Origin: Squalus acanthias
Lineage: Eukaryota
Assembly (NCBI GenBank): GCA_030390025.1
Contig: CM059432.1
Coordinates: 107,262,001 to 107,326,000, forward strand
Length of the DNA stretch: 64,000 nt
Reading direction: 5' to 3'
How positions within the stretch are numbered: the first letter of the stretch is position 1; every line of letters begins with the position of its first letter. This document shows positions 22,601-34,600 of this stretch, one piece after another. Under the pieces are notes generated by a model that saw nothing but the letters and a program-made list of their open reading frames with translations, made no database searches and was not told the origin of the DNA. The position numbers and the translations under genes are program-made.

Positions 22601-25600
22601 ACCCTAACTCTCCCATTGCAGCTATACCCGAATTCTCCCAGTCTAGCATCCAAATGGATTTTGAATGCTTAATATTGTGGTCTCCACTACCCACTAGACA
22701 GTGTGGCCGCGATTTTACTAATGGAGACGGGTTGGGTGCGGGTCAGGTGGTCGGCGGGTCCCGCTCCCGCCTCCGCTGTCAGGCGGGATAAATTTGCGAT
22801 TTTGCCCTAATTGGGCAATTGATTCCCTGCGTGTGCGCTCCCCTGGCCCAATTAGTCTTTTGGGTCTGAAACTCGCCTCTGCTGACGTCATTTATCCAAC
22901 TGCTTTTAAGGGCTCCAGGCAGCCTTGGTTCATTTTCTCCCTCTGTACGTCCAGAGTGAATACTGTGCTAAGTGTTTGATACTCCTGAAATGTCTAGCTC
23001 AAGGCCCAAGGCCTCACTTCGCTTCGATGATGACTGCCTACATGCTCTGGTGGAGGGAGCCAGAGCTCAAAAGAAGGTGCTCTTTCCTTCCTCTGGGAGG
23101 AAAAAATCTCCCCAGCAGACCAAAGCTGTGCGGCTGTAACTGGCTCAGGAGGTGAGCTCCAGATCGTTGTGCAGCAGAACCTGGCTGCAGTGCCGAAAGA
23201 GGTTCAATGAGCTTGTCCGCACAGGAAAAGTGAGTATACCATCACCTTTACCCTCATTCTGCTCCCCATCTCCTCTCAGCATCAGCACTCTGCATTGTCA
23301 ACCTACTCCTACACATCCCACTTTACCCTTACATCCCTTGCACCCTTGACCATCCCTCTCTCTCTATGTACACAATCACTTCACTATTCGACTATGCTGC
23401 CCTCACACTCCCTATCACTGTTATGCAATGACAACAACTAACAACACACAGGGAGGGCCCTTGGTATTGGGACCTCACTCCATCTTTGTCTCCTTCTAAG
23501 CATCTATGCTATGGATTCTCTACACTCACTCCATCATTATCACTCAAGCTCCACTTGTGTCCCTCATTGCAGGAAAAGAGAGCCCATAATAAGAGGGAAA
23601 GGGCGAAGACAGGAGGAGGGCCACCCTCAATAGCCCATCTCACCAGCGCTGAGGAGGCGGCCCTAGAGATCGTTGGAGCCGAGGAGGATCTGGAAGTGGG
23701 GGACGGACAGACGGGCGCATCAGAACAAGCTGGTGACAGAATAGTTTTGCATCTCTCTCATTTACATTGCATGAGTGACTGATATGGCTTCTGATGCTCA
23801 TACAGATTGACTTATGATCATCTGCACAATTCGATGTGCATGCTACGTTAATATCACATGTCTAACCCATGCCTTTACTTCCCCACAGGACCATCGACAG
23901 CTCCCCTCCCCACTGTCCAGGAGGAAGAGCCGGAGCCAGAAGACTCCTCAGAGGAACCTGCAACCTCTGAGAGCGCAGCATCTGCAGAATTAAGCGCACC
24001 CAGCACCAGCACAGATACGCACACCTCGGTGGGACCTTCGCGAGATAGTGTAGTGTTGTCACCTGGGGTATCACAGCTCACAAGTGAGCATCAGCAGATG
24101 GTGGAGACAGGGACAGCAGTGGAGAGTCCTCGTCGGAGGCCGCAGGGCACTCCCAACTAGGTTCAGCTGCATGTCGACCCTGTGCCTCCGGGTCCATCCA
24201 GAAAGAGAGCGGTGCTGGAACAAATGCAGGAGTCTCTGGCAGGTTTTGTCTCCAGGGTTACTGCGAGTGTGGAGAGGATGGAGGAGTCCATATCTAACAT
24301 GAGCAGTGCTTTTGTGGAGGCAATGGCGCATGAACGCACCATCACGGATAGGATGGCAACCTCCGTGGAAAGGCTGGCTACGGCCATGGAGGAAATAAGT
24401 CGCCAGAGTCAAGAAAACATGGTGAATGTTCAGAATAGACTGACATCTCTGGAGGAGCGATGGGCAGCTACTGAGCAGAGAAACCAAAGCTTCATGGAAG
24501 TCCTTTTGAGTAGGACTGCCAGTGCAGATACGGGTCCCCATGGCCCCCCTGATGTGCAGCAAGGTGCTGTCAAGCCACTTGCTAGCACTGAAGTGGGACT
24601 GACCCATGAGAGGAATGTTGGTGGCAGGCAACAAGGAAGTGGGGGCTCCTCTCCAAGTGCTCACACTCCCATGCCACTGAGTAGCCCTCGGTCAGAGCCC
24701 CACCAGAGTCCTCACCCAACTGAGGTGGGCGTCTCAGCCCCTGCACAGACGCAGGAGGAGCAGACTATTGATGAGCCCTCACAGGCTCACAAACCCAGAG
24801 GATGCCTGCCAAAGGTGTCGAGGCAGGAGCAGCATGAAAGTGAGCAAGGTGCCTCCACATCTGCTGAAGCCACAGGGGAGGCACCACGTAGAAGCATGCG
24901 TAAGAGAAAGATAAAGCACAATTAGTCACAAGGGTAGTCACTTGGGTGTTCTGTTCTGTTGTCTTTTGTTTTCTTTAATATTTGAAATTGTCATCCTTTT
25001 GTGAATGGATTAAACAGAAGTGATGGCAAACAGCTGCCTATGTGATCTCGGAAATGGAAGTTCCACATTGAAGGCTCAGGGGCGACTTGCATTTGTAATG
25101 ATGGTGGTGAGAGTGATAGGAACCCATAGGTTCTTGTACATTGTGTACGGTGTGTTAAGAAGGTGCCAGCCACATTTGTTTGATTCGTCTGCTTAAGCGA
25201 ATCTGGCAAAGATTAGTGCATTCCTTGCACTTGCTTGATCCGTGGAGAAGTGGATGTAATTGTGCGCCTTGGCAAAGAGGGCATTGGTTACCTGCGTGAT
25301 GCAAGTGTGTGCGGCCGACTGGGAAATGCCGTTGATGTCTGCTGATGAGCCCTGGAAGGACCCTGAAACAAAAAAATTGAGGGCGGTGGTGACTTTGACA
25401 GCCACTGGTAAGGGATGTCCACCCGCTCCTCTGGGCTCCAGGTGTTGGTGCAGCATTGCACAGATGTCACCGACTACCTCTCGCGGAAGTCTCAGCCTCC
25501 TTTGGCACTGCTGCTCAGTCAAGGTCATCCTCGGCCAGTAAACCCTGTGTTGGGGGTATCTCCTGCAGCGACGTGCATCCCTGCGCTGACGCCTTCTGCC

Positions 25601-28600
25601 CTTTGCACCATCAGGTGGCTGAGCAGGAGGTTGGCGCTCCTGCTGTTGTGCCTGGTTCTGCTGCTGCCGCGGCTGCTCGTCCTCTGAATCTGAGGACCAA
25701 GATGAAAGGAAATAAATGGTTCCCATGCTGCTGGTATATATCTCAGTTGAGGAAGCGCTTAGTCAATGTGGGGAGAGGGTTTTCCCAGGAGGTCACAGTG
25801 GAGATGGATCCCAGCCTCACCACTTCCAAGATCAGTAGACATGCAAAAAGTTTTCCAAGACCTGAAAAAACAAAGTTCTGCCACCTGCAACTGATCCTTG
25901 TTGAAAACTCCGTTTTTATGCTGGAGCTGCAGCTGTCAAGAAGCCAGCCACTTGTGAACCCGACACATTAGCTGGCGTGGTTTGGGAATGACGTGGAACA
26001 CGCTGAAAATGTGGTAAAATTTAAAAGGGCAGGCAAAATAGGATTACACAGGCAGTTAACAAGCAGTTAACTGCTTTAAGGGCCGCGGCGGGACCGAACG
26101 GGAATCTGCAAGCCCACCTTTGGAAAAGTTGCATGGAGGCGGGTTGACGGCGGGATCGGAACCCTGCCGCCATTTTTAGCCATTTTACCACCTGACCCGC
26201 CTCCAAACCCGCCTCCTCAGGGCTGGTAAAATCGAGACCTGTGTCTCTCTAATCTTTCTTCAGAGCTTCTCTTTGCATTTGGAATTGTTCTCGTTACTCT
26301 TCTCTGCACCCTGTTCAATGCACCTACTAATAATTTTTTGTTCTACAATGGCTAGAACTGAACACAATGCTCCAGGTGTAGTCCGACCAATACATCGTAA
26401 GATCATAGCATAACCTCTGGCAACCTGTAGTCCACTGTTCTGGTTACATATTCCAGCTTTTAACAAGCTGACACTTCCTTTGACAGAAACCTGCAGTAAA
26501 GATAACATTTCCTAAGATAAGTGAAACTCAGATTTAGTTTTAGGCAAAACAACTGGCGTATGTGATTTTGTAACTGCTTTGTCCTTCTGCCAAACAAAAC
26601 AAGGTGGATCAACCACTGAGGTATGAAGTTCATTAACCACTCAGGCCAAACAAAGATCAAGCGTAAGAAATTTCAACCCCCACGAGATTTAAATTTGTCT
26701 GACATAGGCTTCCACGTTTTTACTCTGCTTTTTTCAATCATGACTCGGCTCACATTTGATTTCCTGGACTCCTCTACCATCAGCTGCTCTGCTGGACTAC
26801 ACTGCCTTGGCTTCCGTGACTCAGCTCTTCCACTCAATATCTTCAGGTTAAGGGAACTTGTTCCAGCCTACACTGCCCACCTGTTGAGCTTCAGGACTGT
26901 ACCTCAATGCACCTTTGGCTTCTCAGCTTTATTCTGTTGCTATGTTTGGTCCTGGACAGAAATCCACTTTCTCCTGGGCCGAAGTCCATTTCTCTGCTGG
27001 CTTCTGTGGCCTCCACCTTCACCGCCATTTTCTATGGAGATTGTATTCTCTGCTGGACTATCTCAATTCCAGTACCCAACCTGCCTCTGCTGGCTAAGGT
27101 TTCTGCTCCTCTGCTGGGACTTTCCATTCTATTCTGCTCTAATTCTAATCCATTCCTGCTGGTTCCCACCCTGCTCGAGATTCATGCTGAATTAATCTCT
27201 GCTTTGCTGCTGTTCGCTTGCTTCCCGTGGCCACTGACCCTAATCTTCAACACTCGTCCTTCTTTCGCTGGACTGGATCAGACCTCAAGCCCCTGCTTAG
27301 ATGCTCTTGGCCCTTGGGTTTCACTCCCACTGCTCCTCACTCCTCTGTTGGCATTCCAGATGCACTGGTGTGCAATGCTAAAACCCGAGGTCACTACGCA
27401 TCTCTCCACTCCTCTTTGGCCCTCTGATTCCACTGGACAACTTCCAGCAGCGAACCCACTGATATTCTGCCGTTCGACTGGCTGCTGAATCCATTCACTT
27501 TCCACACTGTCTTCGAACCTGGACACTGGTTTGCGGATGCTCCAAGTTGACTCCAGCCTTTCTACAAGTCAACTTCTTCTCACCATAGGACCTCAGAGCA
27601 ATAACTTGGACTCTTTCATATAATCTCGTCCCTGTCCTCTTGTTTATAACCAGAACATGTCTCTCTCATAATCTCTTCCATACTTCTGTAAACTGAATTC
27701 ACTCTGTGCCTATTCAAATGGACCTTTTGGCTGCCACTCTGGAACTGAGCCCATTAGTTCTACCTCCCTTTCTTTTTTCTCTGAGCCCCTCTTTCACTTC
27801 CCAAATCTCACAACTCCATGCTTCAATTCTGCAATCAGCTTTCTGCCCTGCTACAGCACCAAAATGGCCCGAACCAAAATCATAGATGACATCCTCTGTG
27901 ACTATGATGCATTAACCCTCCTGGTCCTCCTTGAGCTCTCTGCAGCCTTTGACATGGTCGACCACAACATCCTACTCCAACACCTCTCTGTCATTGTCTA
28001 GCTCAGTGTGATTGCCCTCTTACCTATCCGATCCTAGCTAGAGCATCTCCAGCAATAGCTTCTCTTCCTGACCCTGCACCGTTACCTTTGGAGTCCCCCA
28101 AGGATCTGTTCTTGGCCCTCTTCTCTTCCTCATCTGCATGCTGCCCCCGGCGACATCATCTGCCAACAAGCAGTCAGCATTCCCCAAGTATGCTGATGAC
28201 ACCCAGCTCTACCTCTTCACCTCTCTGGAACATTTCACTCTCTCTATTCTATCAGTCTGCTTATCCAACATCCAGTCTTATAAGAGCCACAATTTCCTCA
28301 AGTTAGAGACTGGAAAAACCTAAGCTACCATCTTGGCCACCGGCCATAATCAATCCCCTTTCCACTGACTTAATTCCGCATCCCCCTCCCCCCCCTCTCT
28401 CAGGATGAACCAGACTATTGGCAACCTCTGTGTCCTACTTGACCACGGACTCAGCGTTCAACCCCGTAGCCTCGCCATCACAAAGGCCGCCTTCTTACAT
28501 CTCCGTAACATCATGCGCCTTTGCTCCTCTCTGAACAAACCTTTGGTCACCCCTCCTAACATCTTCTTCCTTGGCTAATTGTCCATTTTTATCTGATTAA

Positions 28601-31600
28601 GTCTGTGTGAAGTGCCTAGGGAAGTTTTTCTGCATTAAAGCTGCTTTATAAATGCAAGTTTAACTTTCCAAATCTAGATACCAAAGGATAAAAAGTGACT
28701 TGGTGGCCATGTGGACTCTTAGTGAGTTGCAAGACAGCCTTGTGTGCTCCAGTTATGGTCTTGGCACTACTGATCAAACCTCTTCTATTTGCATTATAGA
28801 CTTCAAAAATGGAACCTTGCTCAGCTGCTGAGGACCTTCACCACTGAAGTTATGAAACTCTGCTTGGCCAGGTTAGTCCTTTCAAGAACCTGATCATCAA
28901 ATGGAAGCTTGGAGGATTGATGTAGGAACATAAAAACACTGGAGGGGTTTATCCTTTCCTTGTGGCTTCTCCCAGGAGATTGTGAGGCTGGTTTGGGGAG
29001 GGGAGGGATAGGGGTCATAGAGAGCATAAGTTGTACCATGACAGTACAGGACAGGCTTAATGCACTAGCTGGTATTTTCCTGACCATTTTCATATGTTTG
29101 CATGTTCACGTGAGTGAAAAAGAAGCACTCAGCCCATTGAATCCACCCCATCTCAAGCCCATAGTCCCCTCTACATTCAGAGCTCACTGAGCCTGATCTA
29201 TCCTAAATTCATCAAGCCTTCTCCACTCAGAGCCAAGTGAGCCTGCAAGATACAGAGCCCATCAAGACCACTCCATTCAGAGCCCATCAAGACCACTCCA
29301 TTCAGAGCCCATCAAGACCACTCCATTCAGAGCCCATCAAGACCACTCCATTCGAGCCCATCAAGCTTACTCCATCCAGAGTTTCTTACGCTCACTCCAT
29401 CCAGAGTCCATCAAGCCATTGCATTAAAAGTCCATTCCACCCATAGCTCAATGAGCTTGTTAGATTTAGATTCCATGTATAATGATTCTATTATAGATGC
29501 CTGCCCAACTACCTATTGATCTACTACTTCAATGGGGCTAAGCTCCTCTCTAATCTCCCCTACAAAAATAAGCAGTGCTGTTGTATCTTTGTCACCATTC
29601 TCAACATATATTGATCCAGCTCTCTACCAAAGGTGTTAATTGACCCCAAAACAACTACCTTCCCCGGGCATCTATTCTACATCTCAACCATTCTATCCCA
29701 CATCCGGGCCAATGGTTATAACAATCTTCATCCCTGTATGGTATCTATATTTAATGTTCGGTTTCCTGATCTTAGTGAATGTCCCTAGGCATGAATGGAA
29801 GTGGAACAAAGGGGTAGGTGGGGCAAATGAAAAACTGAGACTTTATAAGATGAAGCAGGATGGAGTTGAGTATTGCCGATGATAGGTGATAGATGAACAA
29901 GACCTAAAGGGTTCTTCAGGCTGAAACCCTGCTGTATGGGTGAGGAAAGTGCTTGATCTCACGTGAATGAAACCACATCCATTTCATTTGAGAGAAGTCA
30001 ATTTAATACAGTAATTGCAAAGCTGAGCACAAAGGTGAAAAGATGCCTTACCCAGGAAGCTATAGTCCACTTGCTGTCCCAACTGACCATTTACCTAATA
30101 GAAAAAAGGAGGAAGAGAACAGATGCCAGTGAAGGCAAACTATCACACCACAGGACCAGTTTGCAAACACACTTGGAAAATCAGGGTCTCCATTTTTTAA
30201 TGTTAGTGTAAAAACATCACTAATAGGGTTAATTACACCTTCTTTTGCACTAAAGAATCTAAACCCTGTATTAACAAAATAACCTGGAAATTCAGAACTG
30301 ATTTACTTATAATAGTTTAAAAATAGCATAAACACAAGGAGAGATTGCTTTTGTATGCAAATTTAGGCTCGTACAGTTGAATCTCGATAAACACAGTTTA
30401 ATGAGAAACACTTTTCTTAATTGAGAACTTCTGTGCAATAGGAGGCCCTAGGGAGTTACTAGATCAAGTATGTGTTTATCTAGACTCTGCTGTACGACAT
30501 ATTTCTATGTACCAGAAAGTGCACAATATACAGCTCCTGTCATAACTCAGCAGTGGTGTGCACTCTAAGTCATCACATTACACAAAACAATAAACCACCT
30601 TACCAATGCCATGCATCATGCCAGAAACATCTTTTTTTACATTTCATGCTCTTGTTCAAGGTCCATTGAAAAGGTTTTTCACATTTCTGATAAAGCAGAG
30701 CCTCTGAAAATTGCTCCCGTTCTGTCTCTCACGCTGAACTGCATCAGCAGGAAGATTGTAGTGAATACATTGTGAATATTTTGTGATAGTGAGTCTGTTG
30801 GTTACAACATCACTGGGATTATGGGTGATCTCAAAAGACCCTTTGTTTGACTCTACTGGGAAAAGGAAACATTTGCACGGCTATGGGGAAAGAGCAGGGG
30901 AGTGGGAGTAATTGGATTGCTCTTTCAAAGAGCCGGCACAGACACAATGGGCTGAATGGCTTCCTTCTGTGCGGTAAAATTTTATGAATGACTGAAACAG
31001 ACACAAGTCACTTTCAAAATGGAGCAAGCATCACCAGTGAGCTCACAATGCTACCAACCCAGTCATTGGACCCACAGGGGTTTGTGAACCAAACATTTAC
31101 TTCAAACTCTGTTATGCAACAGCTCATTTTGGTTGTTAAGTCAGAAAACAAAAGTGTCAGATGACAGATTAATATATATGTAATATAAATGCCAATGCAA
31201 TACATGCAGAGCCCACTAATCTGTTCTGGGAAACGTAAAGCACCCCATTCAGATCACTATCTCCTGAGGGCTCATTTTACAAGACTGTGCTACCAGCCTC
31301 ACAAGACAGTAAAATTACCACATGGTGTTCAACTCTTTATTATTGTGTTAAGGCACAAGACATCAAATGTGAGGTCAGCCCACTGCAATTACTTATTTAA
31401 GGCTTGATGTAATTTTTAATAAGAAAAAAATACTTACTTTCAAAGCGTTAAGGTGTAAGTCATAGCATTCAAGACAAGCACAGGCAGAAAGAAAGAGGCT
31501 TTAAGACAGTTATATTAAACAGAGAAGAAAGCACAAGATCACGGGTGAGTTATCAACCTGTTGGGTTTCCATTTGTCAAATGAGATCTTAAATACCCGCT

Positions 31601-34600
31601 TTAAATTACAGTGTGTGATCAGGTCGTTCTTCATTAAACTTACAGGCATTTTGCAGTGAGGTCTGGGAGGAACTGGAAAAACTGTCTATTCAAAGTTGGA
31701 GGAAAATGAATTGGTAAATAAAAACAAGTACATAACGAAACACATATAGATGATAAAAAAAGTAAAAGACTACGAAGGCAAAGAGCAGTTAAAAGAATGA
31801 TGAGCAATCTATAATACATACAAATAACTTACTCCTTTTATATTGAGGATTCGACCAGGAGGTCCTGGAGGTCCCGGAGGTCCTGGTAATCCAGCAGGGC
31901 CCTAAAAATGGAATAGATCATTCATTTTTCAGTTATCCTTTCTGTTTTGTGAGCTTTCTAACCAGTGCGGTTTTCCCCCTCATTTCTAGGCGCAGTCTAC
32001 AAAAATCATAGAGGGCATTGAATGAAACCCAATTATTGATAAAAGCAACAAACAGTATTACTACAGTACACATAACCAACCAACAAACAGTGTTAATACA
32101 GGACATATAACCAACCAACAAACAGTATTACTACAGGACATATAACCAACCAACACACAGTGTTAATACAGGACATATAACCAACCAACAAACAGTATTA
32201 CTACAGGACACATAACCAACCAACAAACAGTATTACTACAGGACACATAACCAACCAACAAACAGTATTACTACAGGACATATAGGGGGAGAAATTCGGT
32301 ATCGCCCCGTTTGGGGCGCAATTATCGGCCGGGCGCAAAGTTTAGCGCCTGGTGCTAATTATCGCCTCCGACTGCAAACTTGGCTTCGATCGCCCCTGGA
32401 GGTGATTGGAGCGCTAAATCAGGCGCTACACACCTCTCTTAAGGCGCTAACGCCGAGGAGCGAGGCGCTACCTCAGAGCGCTGGCGAAGCTCATGTGATG
32501 TCAGTCAGCAAAGGAACACAGACACACTGGCGCCGGCCAGTTCTTAAAGGGGAGGGTCGATCTTGCTCTCCATCCACACCCTGCTCATTGCAGCTTTGAA
32601 TCTCGGCCTGGAGAGACCTGTACATCAAATCTGTTGGAAAGAACAATGGAGAGACCCAGGGAAAGAGCTCAGAGTGCAGCCCCCATAGTCTCTTCTAAAT
32701 CGATGCAAGGAAGATCAAATCAAAAAGAACCTGCAAAGTGCTGCTCAGTACCCAAAACTCCTCAACACAGCTTTGAATATCTCCTGCAGTCTCTTTCACT
32801 CAGAATGCGTGGTGCAAAAATTACGCTGACAAAAATTGGCAGGAAGCGGTCGCCTTTAAATAGCGCTCCCCCAGTCCCTTCCCGACTGCAAAACGCTCCC
32901 CTCAACCTGTCATTGCTAGCGGCAGGCGCCACTCAATATCCGGTCCGGGGTGCTACACGCTCGACTGATGTCACGATCTGCGGGCGTAGGAGATCGTGGC
33001 GGTAGTGTTTAGCGCCGCCGCAAAATGTCTGGTCAATTTCGTGAGCGGCGCAAACATCGCCGCGCACGGGCGCTAGTTGCTTTGCGCCCTCTTAAGGCAC
33101 TAATGGGAGGCGCAAACCAACCGAATTTTTCCCCCCATAGTAAACCAACACACAGTGTTACTCCAAGACACATAACCAACCAACAAACAGTATTACTACA
33201 GGACACATAACCAACCAACAAACAGTATTACTACAGGACATATAGTAAACCAACACAGTGTTACTCCAAGGCACATAACCAACCAACACACAGTATCAAT
33301 ACAGGACACATTTTAAACCAACAAGAACTATCTTGATATTCAGCAAAACCAATCACAATAGCATTACACTAAAATATAAATGTTATGGCCCAGAAATTTG
33401 AGTAGGCTGGAAACCTGCCACCGCGGGCCGAAGTTAACGGCCGCCCGCAATAAGAGCACAGGCAGCACCGGTATTTTGGTGCTGCCTGCTGATTTACATT
33501 AGCGCAGCACAAAACCTGCAGTGCAACACTCTGTTTCGGGCGGTAGTCTCAGCAGGAGGCCCAATGTAGCGTGGCCGTAGCGTCCCTGAAGCGAGGCAGC
33601 GTTCTTTTAAAGCTAGCCTGTCCCAGGGTCTCCCACACAGCACTCCAGCTTTGTGCAGGGGGGTCAACACTGCAAGAGAGGTCCTCTACCCACATGGGCC
33701 AGGAGGCCCTCCAGAAAGAACCATGTGGGACCAGATCACTGAGGCCATCACTGCCAGCAGTGTCGCCCCCAAGACCAGGCTCCAGTGCCCAAAGAAGCTT
33801 CATGACCTCAGACCGCTGGTCAAGATCAGTGAATGCATCTTCAAAAGCCGTCTCCTACCAAATGCATCACTAACCTCACACACTGCTCAATGCACGACCC
33901 CCTGCCCCATTACTCACCTACCAACAATCTGTACCAAACACAAGGCACACCTCCCATTCCTAGCTTCATCTCACCCCCTTGGAGGAGACGGTGCTGGGCA
34001 TTGTTGGTACGGGCATGGCTGAGCCCTTGGCCAGCAGCGGGGCTGAAAGGATACAAGATGCTGATATCCTCATACGTTATCCTCCTTCTCGCATCCCACT
34101 TTATCTTCTGATTTACAAGGTGCGCATGGTGAAAGCATGTAGCTCTTGCTTTCCCACCCTCCCCTCACCACAATTCCATCCTTGTGCCTTCCTCATTTCA
34201 CACACCCACGAAATGCAGCCTGCCCAGCCAGTGGTTGACCAAGAAGAGGGAGAGGAGAGTGAAGAAGAAGAAGAAGAAACACCGTCACTCGCTTTGACAG
34301 TCCCAGCCACCAGCTCCTCGAGGTCGTCCTGCAAGACCATCTGCAGTGTCCCCCACTGAAAGTCAGCAGCCTTCCACCAGCCATGCTGCAGCCACGGGGG
34401 TAGCACTGCGTGACATCACTAGGATAGGCAAAGGCACACACAAGACAGTCACTAAGAGAATGCACAGGGGTGATTAGTTGATTTCTTGATGTAATATTGG
34501 ATGGATAGATGTATAAAGTTGGATTGGAAAGTTTGCTTTGTGGTGGTTTTTATTTCAGCATTGTGGGCAAGAGGACGCCGTGATGGTCAGAAACAGAGCG

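Noticed and set aside
22989..24925. Domesticated MSANTD/NAIF1-like host gene
   Set aside because: In-frame TAA in exon 1 and a further stop in exon 3; bounded by TIRs and a TSD
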